From Bacillota bacterium (lineage in GTDB: Bacteria; Bacillota; JAAYKD01): a stretch of 64,000 bases of DNA. The position numbers and the translations under genes were made by a program. Shown one piece after another: positions 7,623 through 18,602 of the stretch. Location of the stretch: the NCBI GenBank assembly GCA_963666425.2, contig OY762825.2, positions 704,001-768,000 of the forward strand. Direction: 5' to 3'. Every line of letters starts with the position of its first letter. Positions within the stretch are counted from its first letter, which is position 1. Below the pieces are notes generated by a model. That model made no database searches. It was given only the letters and a program-made list of their open reading frames with translations, and was not told the origin of the DNA.

Positions 7623-8602
7623 TCTACATCCTCTTCCTCTTGGTCCGGCTCGATTTCCTGCTCCATTTCACCCTGCCAGCCTTCTTCCAAGGCAAATTCC
7701 CGCAGTTTTCGCAAACGGTGATTCAAAGCGGATTTGCTGATACCAAGCCGCTCTCCTAATTCTTTCAAAGATAAATTTGTGTGTTCCAACCTACCCTCGG
7801 CGGCTTGGATTAAACCTGGCGACAGCCGGCTAAGCGCTCCGTGCCGTTCCAGCCAACTGATATAGGCACATTGCTGCAGCGAGGCTTCAATCACCTTATC
7901 CAGATTGGCCATTTCACAGTTGGTGGTGCGGTTGATCGCATTGCGGGTCTCCTTCAGCACGCGGGTGTTTTCATATTCCAGCATGGAATTGATGGCGCCA
8001 ATCATGGTCAGAAAATCCGAAATACAGTTGCTGTCTTTCAGATAAACCACCTGGCTGCCCTTGCGTTCGATAATATGCGGATTCAGCTCATGCTGATCCA
8101 GTAAATGGCAGAGCTGCACCGCATGCTCCGGCCAATGCGTGATTAATTCCAAATGATAGGTTTTCTTGATCGGATCACTTAAAGAACCGGTCGCCAAAAA
8201 CACCCCGCGCAAATAAGCATGCCGGCAGCAATCCCATTGAATCACCTGATCGGAAATGCTATGCGAGTTGAGCAGCATCTGTTCGTCTTTACCGAGCAGT
8301 TGCAGCAAATCCTGAACCTGCTGCGTACCATTCACCGCCACCAGATAGCTGTTGACTTTATAAAGCCGTTCTTCCTGGCGGGAATAGATTTCCGCTTTGA
8401 AGTGCATCTTCTCACTGATCAGCCGATAAATCCGATTGGCGATGCGGCCGCTCTGCGTGATGATATGCAGGGAAAGTCCCAGCGACGACAACGTCAGGGT
8501 GCCAATGGTATCGATTATCCCAGCCAGTTCCGCTTTGTAACAGCAAGGCCGAAAATCCCACTTGCTGGCCAATTCTTCTTTCACTTTGGCCGCAAAAGAC
8601 AT
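7616..8602 (-). CDS. whiA: DNA-binding protein WhiA
   Basis: MSFAAKVKEEL, YLRGVFLATGS, NCEMANLDK and SKSALNHRLRKL motifs. Confidence 0.93.
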   Translation of the reverse strand: MSFAAKVKEELASKWDFRPCCYKAELAGIIDTIGTLTLSSLGLSLHIITQSGRIANRIYRLISEKMHFKAEIYSRQEERLYKVNSYLVAVNGTQQVQDLLQLLGKDEQMLLNSHSISDQVIQWDCCRHAYLRGVFLATGSLSDPIKKTYHLELITHWPEHAVQLCHLLDQHELNPHIIERKGSQVVYLKDSNCISDFLTMIGAINSMLEYENTRVLKETRNAINRTTNCEMANLDKVIEASLQQCAYISWLERHGALSRLSPGLIQAAEGRLEHTNLSLKELGERLGISKSALNHRLRKLREFALEEGWQGEMEQEIEPDQEEEDVEC

Positions 8603-8613
8603 AAGATCACCTT

Positions 8614-9858
8614 CTAAACCACCGGTAAGCCACGTTTATAAACACGATTGACATGATTCATGGCAAAGTGATAGGGTAAATATTCAAGGCTCGGGGCATC
8701 CATCACGACCAAATCGGCTTGTTTGCCGGCTTCGAGACTGCCGACCCGATCCGCCATACCGATGGCATGCGCTGCATTTAATGTAGCAGCTAAAATAGCT
8801 TCCGCCGGGGTCAGCTTCAAATACAAACAGGCCAGCGACAAGACAAACTGCATGTTTTCTGTTGGTGAGGAACCGGGATTGGCGTCGGTGGAAAGCGCAA
8901 TGGCCATACCGAGTTCGATCATCCGGCGGGCTCTGGCATATTTGCCTTTGGCGAGATTAAACGAAGTGGCCGGCAGACAGACGCCAATCACCTTGGCGCG
9001 CGCCATCGCTGCCATCGCCTCATCCGTTGTCTCCAACAAGTGATCGGCAGAGATCGCCTGAATTTCCGCCGCCAAAGCGGAACCGCCGCTCACCGCCAGT
9101 TCATCGGCATGCACCTTAGCACGTAAGCCATACTGCATTCCGGCCAACAGGATGCGTTTGGAGTCGGCCGGGCTGAAAACGCCGGTTTCGCAAAACACAT
9201 CGCAGAAGCGGGCAATGCCTTGCTGAGCCACAGCGGGCAGCATTTCATTGATGACCAGATCAACATAGGCGCCTGGGTCCTGCAGATACTCCGTTGGGGT
9301 GGCATGGGCTCCCATGAAAGTCGGAACAATATCCATCGCTTGTTCCTTGCTCAATTCGAGCATCACCTGCAGCTGCAGCAGTTCATGTTCGAGATCCAAG
9401 CCGTAACCGCTTTTGATTTCCACGGTGGTAATGCCGCCCTGCAGCATCCCCTGCAGACGCTTGGCGGTCTGCAGCTTCAGTGCTTGTTTGCCGGCGGCAC
9501 GGGTTTTTGCCACACTGTTCAGGATACCGCCGCCTTGTTTGAGGATTTCCAGATAAGCTACCCCCTGCTGTTTCAAAGCCCATTCGTGCGCGCGGTCACC
9601 GGCATAGACCAAATGCGTATGCGGATCGACAAAGCCCGGCATCACGAGCCGCCCTTCGGCATCCACCACTTTTGTCTTGGCATCGGCCAAAGCCAGAATC
9701 GCCTTTTCCGTGCCGACTTCGTAGATCAAACCATCTTTGACCGCTATGGCCATGCCGGATTGAACACCTGCGTCCTGCAGCGCTTCTGCTGTAATCGGTT
9801 CGCTGCCATGTCCGGCACAGCTGACCAGCGTGCCGATATGATGTAAAATAAAGTCCAT
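8614..9858 (-). CDS. hutI: Imidazolonepropionase
   Basis: PGFVDPHTHLV, EIKSGYGL, HADEL, SADHL and TDANPG motifs. Confidence 0.95.
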   Translation of the reverse strand: MDFILHHIGTLVSCAGHGSEPITAEALQDAGVQSGMAIAVKDGLIYEVGTEKAILALADAKTKVVDAEGRLVMPGFVDPHTHLVYAGDRAHEWALKQQGVAYLEILKQGGGILNSVAKTRAAGKQALKLQTAKRLQGMLQGGITTVEIKSGYGLDLEHELLQLQVMLELSKEQAMDIVPTFMGAHATPTEYLQDPGAYVDLVINEMLPAVAQQGIARFCDVFCETGVFSPADSKRILLAGMQYGLRAKVHADELAVSGGSALAAEIQAISADHLLETTDEAMAAMARAKVIGVCLPATSFNLAKGKYARARRMIELGMAIALSTDANPGSSPTENMQFVLSLACLYLKLTPAEAILAATLNAAHAIGMADRVGSLEAGKQADLVVMDAPSLEYLPYHFAMNHVNRVYKRGLPVV

Positions 9859-9877
9859 CTTTGCCCTCCAAAAAACG

Positions 9878-10777
9878 CTAGAAGCGGTAGACTTGTTTTT
9901 CCAATACCTGCTCCGGCTTAAAATTCTCTACCTGCAAATACCAGACCGCCGCCTCCATTAAGGCTTCCATCGGCAGCAAGCCGATGATTTCCGAACCGAC
10001 TACATTGACTCCGTAGCGGGCAGCTTCTCTTTTGACGAATTCAAAGGCATGATAAACCGATGTCTTCTTATAATCGACCAGATTCATCGAAACCTGTACT
10101 TGCTGGCGCTCTTCCAAGAGCACACCCAGCGCTTTGACATGCATAAAACCGCCGGAAGAACCGCGGATTTTTTTGGCAATGGCATTAGCAATTGCTAAAT
10201 CATCAGTTGCCAGATTGACATTGAAAGCGACCAACGGTTTGCGGGCACCGACTGCGACACAGCCGGCTGTGGGATGCATCATCTGCGGACCAAAATCCGG
10301 TTTGCGCTCCGGTTGCTTGATTTCTTCCAATAAACCTTCAAACTGACCGCGGCGGACATCCGCCAGATTTTTCCGTTCCGGTCTGGTTGCTGCATTTTCA
10401 TATAAGTAGACCGGAATCTGCAGTTCCTCAGCGATGCGTTGTCCTAAGAGATTGGCTAACTTCACACAGTCTTTCATCGTCATGCCGCTGACCGGCACAA
10501 AAGGAATCACATCGGTAGCACCCATGCGGGGATGTTCACCGGTATGTCGGCGCAGATCGATCAATTCGGCCGCTTTGCGCGTCGCCTTGAAGGCAGCTTC
10601 GAGAGCCGCTTCCGGCGTGCCGGTAAAGGTCACCACGGTACGATTATGGGAAGCATCCGATTCAGAATCCAACAATTCACAGTCCGGTGTAGAACGGATT
10701 TCATCGAGAATCGCCTCAATCACTTCAGGACGGCGTCCTTCGGAAAAATTCGGGATACATTCAACTATTTTAGCCAT
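9878..10777 (-). CDS. ftcD: Glutamate formiminotransferase
   Basis: ECIPNFSEGR, HNRTV and HPRMGATDV motifs. Confidence 0.93.
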   Translation of the reverse strand: MAKIVECIPNFSEGRRPEVIEAILDEIRSTPDCELLDSESDASHNRTVVTFTGTPEAALEAAFKATRKAAELIDLRRHTGEHPRMGATDVIPFVPVSGMTMKDCVKLANLLGQRIAEELQIPVYLYENAATRPERKNLADVRRGQFEGLLEEIKQPERKPDFGPQMMHPTAGCVAVGARKPLVAFNVNLATDDLAIANAIAKKIRGSSGGFMHVKALGVLLEERQQVQVSMNLVDYKKTSVYHAFEFVKREAARYGVNVVGSEIIGLLPMEALMEAAVWYLQVENFKPEQVLEKQVYRF

Positions 10778-10783
10778 CTTCCA

Positions 10784-12325
10784 TCACTCCTGTTCGCTTG
10801 TTTCTGCATTCGCAGCCGGCTTGCCAAGCTGTTTTGCTTTGATCAGCGCCGTAATGGCCGCCAGATCTTCATACATCACGCGGTCTTTCTCCAAATAAGT
10901 CACCTTGGCGCGGATTGCCTGATAGACCGGCTGCGTACCATGTCCGAGCTGCTTTTTGCCGCGCAAATCCACGCTCTGACAACCTGCCATCAATTCCATG
11001 GAGAGAACATGGGTGGCGTTCTCCAGGATTTCGCGTGCTTTGCGGGCAGCAATCGTTCCCATCGAAACATGATCCTCCTGATTGGCTGAACTGGGGATCG
11101 AATCGACGCTGGCCGGATGCGCCAGCACCTTGTTTTCCGAAACCAGCGAAGCGGCAGAATACTGCACGATCATAAAGCCGGAGTTGACGCCGCCATTTTC
11201 GATCAAGAAAGCCGGCAGTCCGTTGGATAAAGCAGGATTCACCATGCGTTCCAAGCGGCGTTCGGAAATGTTTGCTAATTCAGACACAGCGATTCCTAAG
11301 AAATCCATAGCCAGCGCAATCGGTTCGCCATGGAAATTTCCACCGGAAATCGCCTCTTCCGTGTCGCAGAAAATCAAAGGATTATCGGTTACACTGTTGA
11401 TTTCCGTCTCAATGGCTTTTTTGACATAAGCGATGGCATCGCGGATGGCGCCGTGCACCTGCGGGATACAGCGCAGGGCATAAGCATCCTGCACTCTTGG
11501 GTGGTCATTGGCAGCGGTATATTGCGAACCCTGCAAATGGCGCAGCAAGATTGCTGCAGTTTCCATTTGCCCGGGATGCGGTCGCACCGCCTGGATGCGC
11601 GGGTCGAAGGCGCTGGGAATACCATTTAAGCTCTCCATGGTTAAGGCCGCAGCCAGATCGGCAACCCGCAGCAACTCCTCGGCATCGGCAATGGTTAAGG
11701 CAGAAATAGCTGTCATACACTGGGTGCCATTATTCAATGCGAGCCCTTCTTTGGCTTCTAGAACAATCGGCTGCAGACCGGCAGCGGCCAAGGCGGCGGC
11801 ACCGCTCATGCGCTGACCCTGGTAAATCGCCTCTCCCATGCCCAACAGAGGCAAGATCATGTGCGACAGCGGTGCTAAATCACCGCTGGAACCGAGAGAA
11901 CCTTTTTCCGGTATGATGGGATGAAGACCGGCATTGAGCGCGTCCAGCAAAGCCTGCACCGTGCTTAAGCGAATTCCGGAGTAACCCTGACTGAGGGAAT
12001 TGGCCCGTAATAGCATCATAGCCCGCACGACATCTTCCGGCAGAGGATCGCCAACCCCAACCGCGTGGCTCATGATCAGGTTTTTTTGTAAATCCTGTAT
12101 ATCTTGCGGACCGATGGGTACCGTAGCGAATTTACCGAATCCGGTGGTGATCCCATAAACAACACGCTGCTCGGCGATCATTTGATCGACCATTCGACGT
12201 GAAGTATTGATTAATTCTACCATTTCATCCGCCAGAACAACTTTCGCATGCTCACGGGCTACCCGAACGACATCATCAATGGTTAATCCTGATTTCCTTA
12301 AGTAGACAATATGCGCAGGCTCCAT
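10784..12325 (-). CDS. hutH: Histidine ammonia-lyase
   Basis: YGITTGFG, MIO-forming GSSGDLAPL and QDAYALRC motifs; hut gene context. Confidence 0.95.
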   Translation of the reverse strand: MEPAHIVYLRKSGLTIDDVVRVAREHAKVVLADEMVELINTSRRMVDQMIAEQRVVYGITTGFGKFATVPIGPQDIQDLQKNLIMSHAVGVGDPLPEDVVRAMMLLRANSLSQGYSGIRLSTVQALLDALNAGLHPIIPEKGSLGSSGDLAPLSHMILPLLGMGEAIYQGQRMSGAAALAAAGLQPIVLEAKEGLALNNGTQCMTAISALTIADAEELLRVADLAAALTMESLNGIPSAFDPRIQAVRPHPGQMETAAILLRHLQGSQYTAANDHPRVQDAYALRCIPQVHGAIRDAIAYVKKAIETEINSVTDNPLIFCDTEEAISGGNFHGEPIALAMDFLGIAVSELANISERRLERMVNPALSNGLPAFLIENGGVNSGFMIVQYSAASLVSENKVLAHPASVDSIPSSANQEDHVSMGTIAARKAREILENATHVLSMELMAGCQSVDLRGKKQLGHGTQPVYQAIRAKVTYLEKDRVMYEDLAAITALIKAKQLGKPAANAETSEQE

Positions 12326-12389
12326 ATGAAATCCTCTCCTTTACTCTTCCAGGTTTCTTTATTACCAATTCCATGTAGTCTAGTTTTTC

Positions 12390-12596
12390 CTATTGTTCCT
12401 TTTTAGGCAGTTTTTCCTGGCTGCCGTCCGGTTTGAGCACAACAATATTCTCCAACTGCGCCTCGAGATTGCTGCGGTAGGCTGCAATATATTGCTTGCG
12501 CAGCAGATCACGTTCCGCCAATTCCGCTTCTGTCAAACCTTCCGCCTTTGCTTTTTTGGCAAGTTGATTCAAACGTTCAATTTTAGTTTGTTCCAT
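12390..12596 (-). CDS. DUF896 (YnzC/UPF0291-like) small protein
   Basis: IERLNQLAKKAK..LTEAE..ER..LR..YI pattern; AGGAGG RBS. Confidence 0.85.
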   Translation of the reverse strand: MEQTKIERLNQLAKKAKAEGLTEAELAERDLLRKQYIAAYRSNLEAQLENIVVLKPDGSQEKLPKKEQ

Positions 12597-12612
12597 TGTG
12601 ATCGCCTCCTGT

Positions 12613-15600
12613 TTAAAATAGTGTTAATTGATCTGTTTCACTTAACTGACCCAGGCAGCCGTGCAGCCGCAGCGTTTCGATTACGGTTTTGTTGGCGCGG
12701 CTACGCACGGCGATATCTTCAATCGAGGTAAATTCACCTTCCGCTCGTGCCGCTACGATGGCGGCAGCTGCATTAGCGCCGATTCCCTGCAAGGCAGAGA
12801 GCGGCGGCAGCAGGGTGGCGTCGTCCACGATCAGCCATTCGGTGGCATCGGAACGATAAAGATCTACTTTTTCAAATTTGATTCCCCGGCACATCGCTTC
12901 CAGCGTCAGTTCCAGATGCGTCTGCATACCTTTCTCATTGGCCGTCGCTTCATTGCCTTTGCGCTTGATGTTGACAATTTCACTGCGCACGGCATTGATC
13001 CCCTTGCTAACCAGATCGGCATCATAAGTACCGGCGGCACGCACCGTAAAATAAGCGGCATAAAAAGCGGCCGGACGGTGCATTTTAAACCAGGCGATAC
13101 GAAAACCAGACAAGACATAGGCTGCCGCGTGCGCTTTGGGAAAGAGATATTGAATTTTGCGGCAGGAGGTAATATACCATTCCGGGACGTGATACTCCCG
13201 CATGATTTCTTCCTCTTCCGGTTTTAAACCCCTGCCCTTGCGCACAGCTTCCATGATCTGAAAGGCTGTCTTGTTCGCCAGCCCTTTGCCGGTTAAATAA
13301 AGCAGAATGGAATCCCGCGTGGAAATCGCTTCAGAGAGTGGCACATTCTGGTTGACAATCAATTCTCTGGCATTGCCTGCCCAGACGTCGGTGCCGTGGG
13401 AGAAGCCGGATAGCCGGATCAGATCTGAAATGTACTTCGGCTTGGCATCCATCAACATGCCGCGGGTGAAGGTTGTACCAAATTCGGGTACACCAAAGGT
13501 ACCTGTTTCGGAATCAATATCCTCCGGTTTTAAACCGAGTGTCTCCGTGCCGGTAAATAAGCCCATGGTTTCCGGATCATCCAAAGCGATCTTGCGGACA
13601 TCCAAACCGGTCAGGACCTGCAGATGGCGTAGAATCGTCGGATCATCATGCCCGAGCAGGTCGAGTTTCAGCAGATTGTCATGGATGGCTGTGTAAGTGA
13701 AATGCGTGGTGATCGTATCGACGCCGTCTTTGCCCGGCGGATGCTGCACTGCGGTAAAGTCATGAATATCCATATCATTCGGCACAATCATCAAACCGCC
13801 GGGATGCTGACCCGTTGTGCGCTTGACACCGGTACAACCCAGCGCCAAGCGATTGATTTCCGCTTTGCGCAGCGTATTGCCGGTTTTCTCCATATACTTC
13901 ATGACAAAACCGTAAGCGGTTTTCTCAGCCACAGTGGAAATCGTGCCGGCGCGGAAAACAAATTCTTTGCCGAACAATTCTTCGGTGTATTTATGCGCCT
14001 GCGCCTGATATTCACCGGAAAAATTCAAGTCGATATCCGGAATCTTATCACCGGCAAAGCCCATGAAAACTTCAAAACGGATATTGAAGCCATCCTTCAG
14101 CAAGGTTTCGCCGCATTTCGGACATGGCATATCCGGCATATCCGCACCGCAGTCATATTCTTTTTCGTGTGAGAAATCGGAATAACTGCATTTAGGACAG
14201 CGATAATGCGCCGAGAGCGGATTGACTTCTGTGATTCCGGTCAGGGTCGCCACCAAAGAAGAGCCGACCGAACCGCGCGAACCCACCAAATAACCATCTT
14301 CCATCGATTTCTTGACCAAGCGATGAGCGATGTAGTAGTTAACAGCATAACCGTAACCGATGATGCAGTCGAGTTCCCATTTGATACGATCCGCTACATT
14401 TTGCGGCAAGGGATCGCCATACATGGCATGCGCCGTCTCATAGGTAATGCGCTGCAGTTCCTCAGCCGCGCCCGGAATATTCGGTGGATAGAGCTTATGC
14501 AGCATGGGATCGAAGGCTTCGATCGCATCGGCAATCTTTTGCGTATTGCCGATCACCACTTCCAGTGCTTCCTCAGCAGGCCAATCCGGGAATTCAGCCA
14601 ACATTTCTTCTGTGGTGCGCAAATATAAGAGCGGTTTGGATTCATCCGCTTCGTAATCCTGACCAGCCTGCAAAATGTCGCGGAAGATGACATCCTCCGG
14701 TTCCAAAAAATGCACGTCTGAAGTAGCGACCACGGGTTTGCCTAATTCCTTACCGATTTCCCAAAGGGTTCGATTGATCTGCCGCAGTCCGTTTTCGTCT
14801 GCAACCTGACCATTCTGGATAGCGAAGGCATTATGACCGATTGGCATGATTTCCAGATAATCATAAAACTGCGCCAACTCTTTGGCAGTGGCTCTGGCAC
14901 GGTTGAAATCCCCTTCAAAACCATCTATCATCGCCCCATAGACTTCCCCGTAGGCACAGGCCGAACCGATCAGGAAATGCTGCCGCACTGCCTGCAGGTC
15001 CTGCCGCAGGACGCGGGGGCGCTTATAAAAGTTCTCCAGGTGCGCCTTGCTGGTCAGCTTATACATCTCTTTTAAGCCGGCTCTGTCCTTGATCAAAACC
15101 ACACAGTGATGGTATTTGCGATCTTCCAGGTGATCAATCAGGTAAATTTCACAGCCATAGATGATTTTTATGCCGTATTTTTTTGCTGCCGCCGCCGCAT
15201 CGGGATATGCTTGCAGCACACCGTGATCGGTAATGGCAATGGCTGGCTGACCAAATTCAGCTGCCCGCTTGATCAGGGCAGTCACATCACACAAGGCATC
15301 CATGCTGCTCATATTGGTATGCGCATGCAGTTCCACTCGTTTTGCTGTGGCTGTGTCGTGGCGTTTGTTGGGCGGTGCTTCGGTATCGTTGATGGCATCG
15401 GCGCTCATCGTGACTTCATTATCCTCAAAACGGTCGGCGGCTGCTTTACCGCTGACTCTAACCCAAGTCCCCACTTTTAAATCATCCATACGCTGCGGCT
15501 GCGGTTTATTGCGATTGCTCTGATAACCATTATTATTATTATTGTAATTACTGTTGGCGCTGTTCCGAATAAACGCTTTGACGGTGAGAGAATCGCTGCC

Positions 15601-16362
15601 ATCATAAAGGTCGAATTTATAAACCGTTTGACCATTGCGCAGCGCCTGTTTTTCCAAAGCAAACACCTGGCCCTGAATAGTCTGCACATAGGGGCTTTCT
15701 TCTATTTTTTTCAGAGGAACGGCGACCTCCATGATCGTCTTGCCCAGATAGTTTGCCGCCGTCGAAACGGGATGCAGGACAGCTTGACTCGCCTCTTTGC
15801 GTACTTTATCTACTTCCGCCCGGATTTCTTCATCCCGTTTACGACGGAATTCAGCGGAGGCATCACTGGCTGTCCGGTCAATTTTGGTAGCAGGCTGCCA
15901 GGGAACCTCCTCTTCGGGTGCATTGTCTTCAAAGAAAGGTTCTTCCTCCAACGCCATTGGTTCAGCTGCTGTTTCTGTATCGCTCTCGTCGATCGCAGGT
16001 AACACCGGTATGAGCAGAGCTTCCTCCGACAATGCAACCTCATCGGTCTTTCTGATCACCTGCGCTTGCTCTTCTTCTCTTGACCAGGGTGGTTCTTCGC
16101 TTTCATTTGCTAAAGGCTCCAAGCTGTCCGCATTCTGTTCTGCTTCCAGCCAGGTAATGACAATCTGCCAGCGTTGGCCGATCACCTGTTTCAGGCTGTT
16201 TTCACAGCGCTGACGCGACGGCAGATCGTTCAGCCCCTGTAAAACCAAATGCCAGCGATGCGTCTCCAGATCGACCGTCAGATGTTCTACTTCGCAAATT
16301 TGCGGTAAGGCTTCTTTCAATTGCTGACAAAACTGCAATAATTCATTGGTCTGTTCTCCCAC
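12613..16362 (-). CDS. polC: DNA polymerase III PolC-type, lacking the 3'-5' exonuclease insert
   Basis: OB domain, PHP VELHAHT, GSRGSVGSS, Zn finger CPKC..CPKC, PDIDLNFSG and FPKAHAAAY; probable GTG start at 16362 after GGAGG. Confidence 0.95.
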   Translation of the reverse strand: MGEQTNELLQFCQQLKEALPQICEVEHLTVDLETHRWHLVLQGLNDLPSRQRCENSLKQVIGQRWQIVITWLEAEQNADSLEPLANESEEPPWSREEEQAQVIRKTDEVALSEEALLIPVLPAIDESDTETAAEPMALEEEPFFEDNAPEEEVPWQPATKIDRTASDASAEFRRKRDEEIRAEVDKVRKEASQAVLHPVSTAANYLGKTIMEVAVPLKKIEESPYVQTIQGQVFALEKQALRNGQTVYKFDLYDGSDSLTVKAFIRNSANSNYNNNNNGYQSNRNKPQPQRMDDLKVGTWVRVSGKAAADRFEDNEVTMSADAINDTEAPPNKRHDTATAKRVELHAHTNMSSMDALCDVTALIKRAAEFGQPAIAITDHGVLQAYPDAAAAAKKYGIKIIYGCEIYLIDHLEDRKYHHCVVLIKDRAGLKEMYKLTSKAHLENFYKRPRVLRQDLQAVRQHFLIGSACAYGEVYGAMIDGFEGDFNRARATAKELAQFYDYLEIMPIGHNAFAIQNGQVADENGLRQINRTLWEIGKELGKPVVATSDVHFLEPEDVIFRDILQAGQDYEADESKPLLYLRTTEEMLAEFPDWPAEEALEVVIGNTQKIADAIEAFDPMLHKLYPPNIPGAAEELQRITYETAHAMYGDPLPQNVADRIKWELDCIIGYGYAVNYYIAHRLVKKSMEDGYLVGSRGSVGSSLVATLTGITEVNPLSAHYRCPKCSYSDFSHEKEYDCGADMPDMPCPKCGETLLKDGFNIRFEVFMGFAGDKIPDIDLNFSGEYQAQAHKYTEELFGKEFVFRAGTISTVAEKTAYGFVMKYMEKTGNTLRKAEINRLALGCTGVKRTTGQHPGGLMIVPNDMDIHDFTAVQHPPGKDGVDTITTHFTYTAIHDNLLKLDLLGHDDPTILRHLQVLTGLDVRKIALDDPETMGLFTGTETLGLKPEDIDSETGTFGVPEFGTTFTRGMLMDAKPKYISDLIRLSGFSHGTDVWAGNARELIVNQNVPLSEAISTRDSILLYLTGKGLANKTAFQIMEAVRKGRGLKPEEEEIMREYHVPEWYITSCRKIQYLFPKAHAAAYVLSGFRIAWFKMHRPAAFYAAYFTVRAAGTYDADLVSKGINAVRSEIVNIKRKGNEATANEKGMQTHLELTLEAMCRGIKFEKVDLYRSDATEWLIVDDATLLPPLSALQGIGANAAAAIVAARAEGEFTSIEDIAVRSRANKTVIETLRLHGCLGQLSETDQLTLF

Positions 16363-16472
16363 GGCTCCACCTCCTTTTCGCTGCATTCTGCTCCGCTCAA
16401 TAAAATCGCCGCTGCAAACCTTTGAGACAGTCCTTGCTATGCACAGTTCAGCAGCGATTGCTCAAGTTTGAT

Positions 16473-17108
16473 TTATTTAGCATTCTTGGTTAAAATCTTA
16501 ATGTTAGCATCCTGGCAGGCCAATTCGACCCGTTCCATATCGCCATCAAATTTCACGATCACCCGCAGCTGCTGATCATCCTGCTCCAGCATTTGAATTG
16601 GCATCAAGCCTTCAATATTGGCACCGGCACGCACCAATTGGCGCAGCAAACGTGCCAATTCCCCTTTTTCATTGTTCAGACAAACCGTGATTCGGTTCCC
16701 TTTATAGTCCATGCCAATTGAGGTCATAAAAATTTTCATCAGGCGATTGATCGGTAGGATGCCCATAAACTGGTCCTTGGTATCATCCTGCAGCACGGGC
16801 AGAAACATCACGCGCTGCTGCGTCAGCAATTTGGCGGCCACTTCAATCACATCGGTGCCGTTAACATAAGCCACATCCGTATGCATGACATCGCTGACCA
16901 GGGCCTTTTCCAAGTCCACATCGCGCTTGACATAAATATGCTGGTAAATATCAAACATATCAACCACACCAACAAAGCGTCCGTAATTGGAAACCGGCAA
17001 GGCGCGGAAGCCGTACAAATCCATCCGTTTAAGCGTGTTCGCTAAACTGTAATCCTCCGTGACCGTGATAACTTCCTTACGATCGATCATAAAATCTCTG
17101 CAATACAT
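16473..17108 (-). CDS. CBS-pair plus ACT domain protein (AcuB-like)
   Basis: Two CBS motifs (ALPV, FLPV) followed by an ACT-like segment NEKGELARL. Confidence 0.75.
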   Translation of the reverse strand: MYCRDFMIDRKEVITVTEDYSLANTLKRMDLYGFRALPVSNYGRFVGVVDMFDIYQHIYVKRDVDLEKALVSDVMHTDVAYVNGTDVIEVAAKLLTQQRVMFLPVLQDDTKDQFMGILPINRLMKIFMTSIGMDYKGNRITVCLNNEKGELARLLRQLVRAGANIEGLMPIQMLEQDDQQLRVIVKFDGDMERVELACQDANIKILTKNAK

Positions 17109-17198
17109 TTTTGTTTCCTCCTCTTTTTATTTTAGTGACATGGAATCCTCAGTTGCAGCAGCGCCGCAGACTAGACACATTGTAGATAATCTCTCTGT

Positions 17199-18581
17199 CT
17201 AGACTTCCATCGTCTGCCATTTGCCCTGCGCATAGCGCAGAACGACCAGAACAAAACGCACAAACAAATCAATGGTCATCGCCCACCAGACACCCATGAT
17301 CCCAAAACCCAGATATTTACCTAAGACATAGGAAAGCGGAATGCGCAGCAGCCACATGCCAATGGCCTGAATATACATCACCCACTTGGTGTCGCCGGCC
17401 CCTTTGAGCGCGCCGTTGATCACACCGGCCATATCGAGAGGAATCTGGCAAAATCCCATCAGCAACAAATATTTGGCGCCTAAAGCGATCACTGCCGGGT
17501 CGTCTGTCAGCAGGGAAAGCAGGAAGCGGCCGCCAAAAATCAGCATCAGCGAGGCAAACGAGCAAAACACTAATGCCCAAAGAAAAATTTCCTGAATATA
17601 GCGCTTGGTGAGATTCAGGTTTTTCGCCCCCAGGCTTTGACCGACAAAAGCGGTCGCGGCGATGGTTAAGCCAATGGACGGCATGTAGGAGATCCCTTCC
17701 GCCTGCATCCCCAGGTTATGCGCCGCCAACGGCACCGTGCCGAAGGTGACAATCAAACCCGTCATCACGATGGAAGCCATCTGCCAGAATAGATCACCGG
17801 CAGAACTGGGGATGCCGATGCGCATGATGCGTTTGATTTCTTTGAAATTCAGCGGTCCAATATCCTCTCTCTTCAGCTGCAGCTTGGAAATGGGCAGAAA
17901 AATCACGGTGAGTGCCAGAATGGCGCCGACACCCTGTCCAAAGAGAGAAGCAATGGCCGCACCGCGGATACCGAGCGCCGGAAAACCAAGGTTACCGTAG
18001 ATCAGCAGCCAGCAGCCGGCTACATTGACCAAATTGACCGCCAGAGAAACCAACATGGGGATTTTTGTATCCCCCATGCCACGCATAATGCCGCCGCTGA
18101 TCTGAATCACAGCGATCAGAGGCAGCGTGAATAAAGCAATACTCAAATACTGCAAACAGGCAGTCAGCAGCTCTCCGTCGACATTCATACTGCGTAAAAA
18201 AGGTTCGGCAAAGGCAAAACTAACCGCAGTCATCCCGGCTATGAGAATCAGAGCGCTGATCAAGCCCTGATAAGCAATTTTTCTGGCTTCTTCGATCTGT
18301 TTGGCACCCACGCAGCGGGCGACCAAAACAGTTACACCGGTGGCGATGCCGGCAAATAGCGCCCAGCTGATTTGGGTCAGACGCGAGGAAAGTCCGACTG
18401 CACCAATGGCAGTAGCTCCAAGCCTACCCACCATGGCCGTCGCTACCATGCCGACCGTCATTTGCAGCACGGAATCGATGGTCACCGGCCAGATCATGCG
18501 GAAAATATTCCGACGCAGTTGTTTCTGCGTTGGCTCTCCCGGCTGCGGCCGCGCCAGGTTAAAGACGGGCACGGGCTTCAC
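17199..18581 (-). CDS. MATE family efflux transporter
   Basis: MVGRLGATAIGAVG, RGMGDTKIPM and GIRGAAIAS motifs; ~12 hydrophobic segments. Confidence 0.92.
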   Translation of the reverse strand: MKPVPVFNLARPQPGEPTQKQLRRNIFRMIWPVTIDSVLQMTVGMVATAMVGRLGATAIGAVGLSSRLTQISWALFAGIATGVTVLVARCVGAKQIEEARKIAYQGLISALILIAGMTAVSFAFAEPFLRSMNVDGELLTACLQYLSIALFTLPLIAVIQISGGIMRGMGDTKIPMLVSLAVNLVNVAGCWLLIYGNLGFPALGIRGAAIASLFGQGVGAILALTVIFLPISKLQLKREDIGPLNFKEIKRIMRIGIPSSAGDLFWQMASIVMTGLIVTFGTVPLAAHNLGMQAEGISYMPSIGLTIAATAFVGQSLGAKNLNLTKRYIQEIFLWALVFCSFASLMLIFGGRFLLSLLTDDPAVIALGAKYLLLMGFCQIPLDMAGVINGALKGAGDTKWVMYIQAIGMWLLRIPLSYVLGKYLGFGIMGVWWAMTIDLFVRFVLVVLRYAQGKWQTMEV

Positions 18582-18602
18582 CTCTCATACTTGTCATAAA
18601 AT

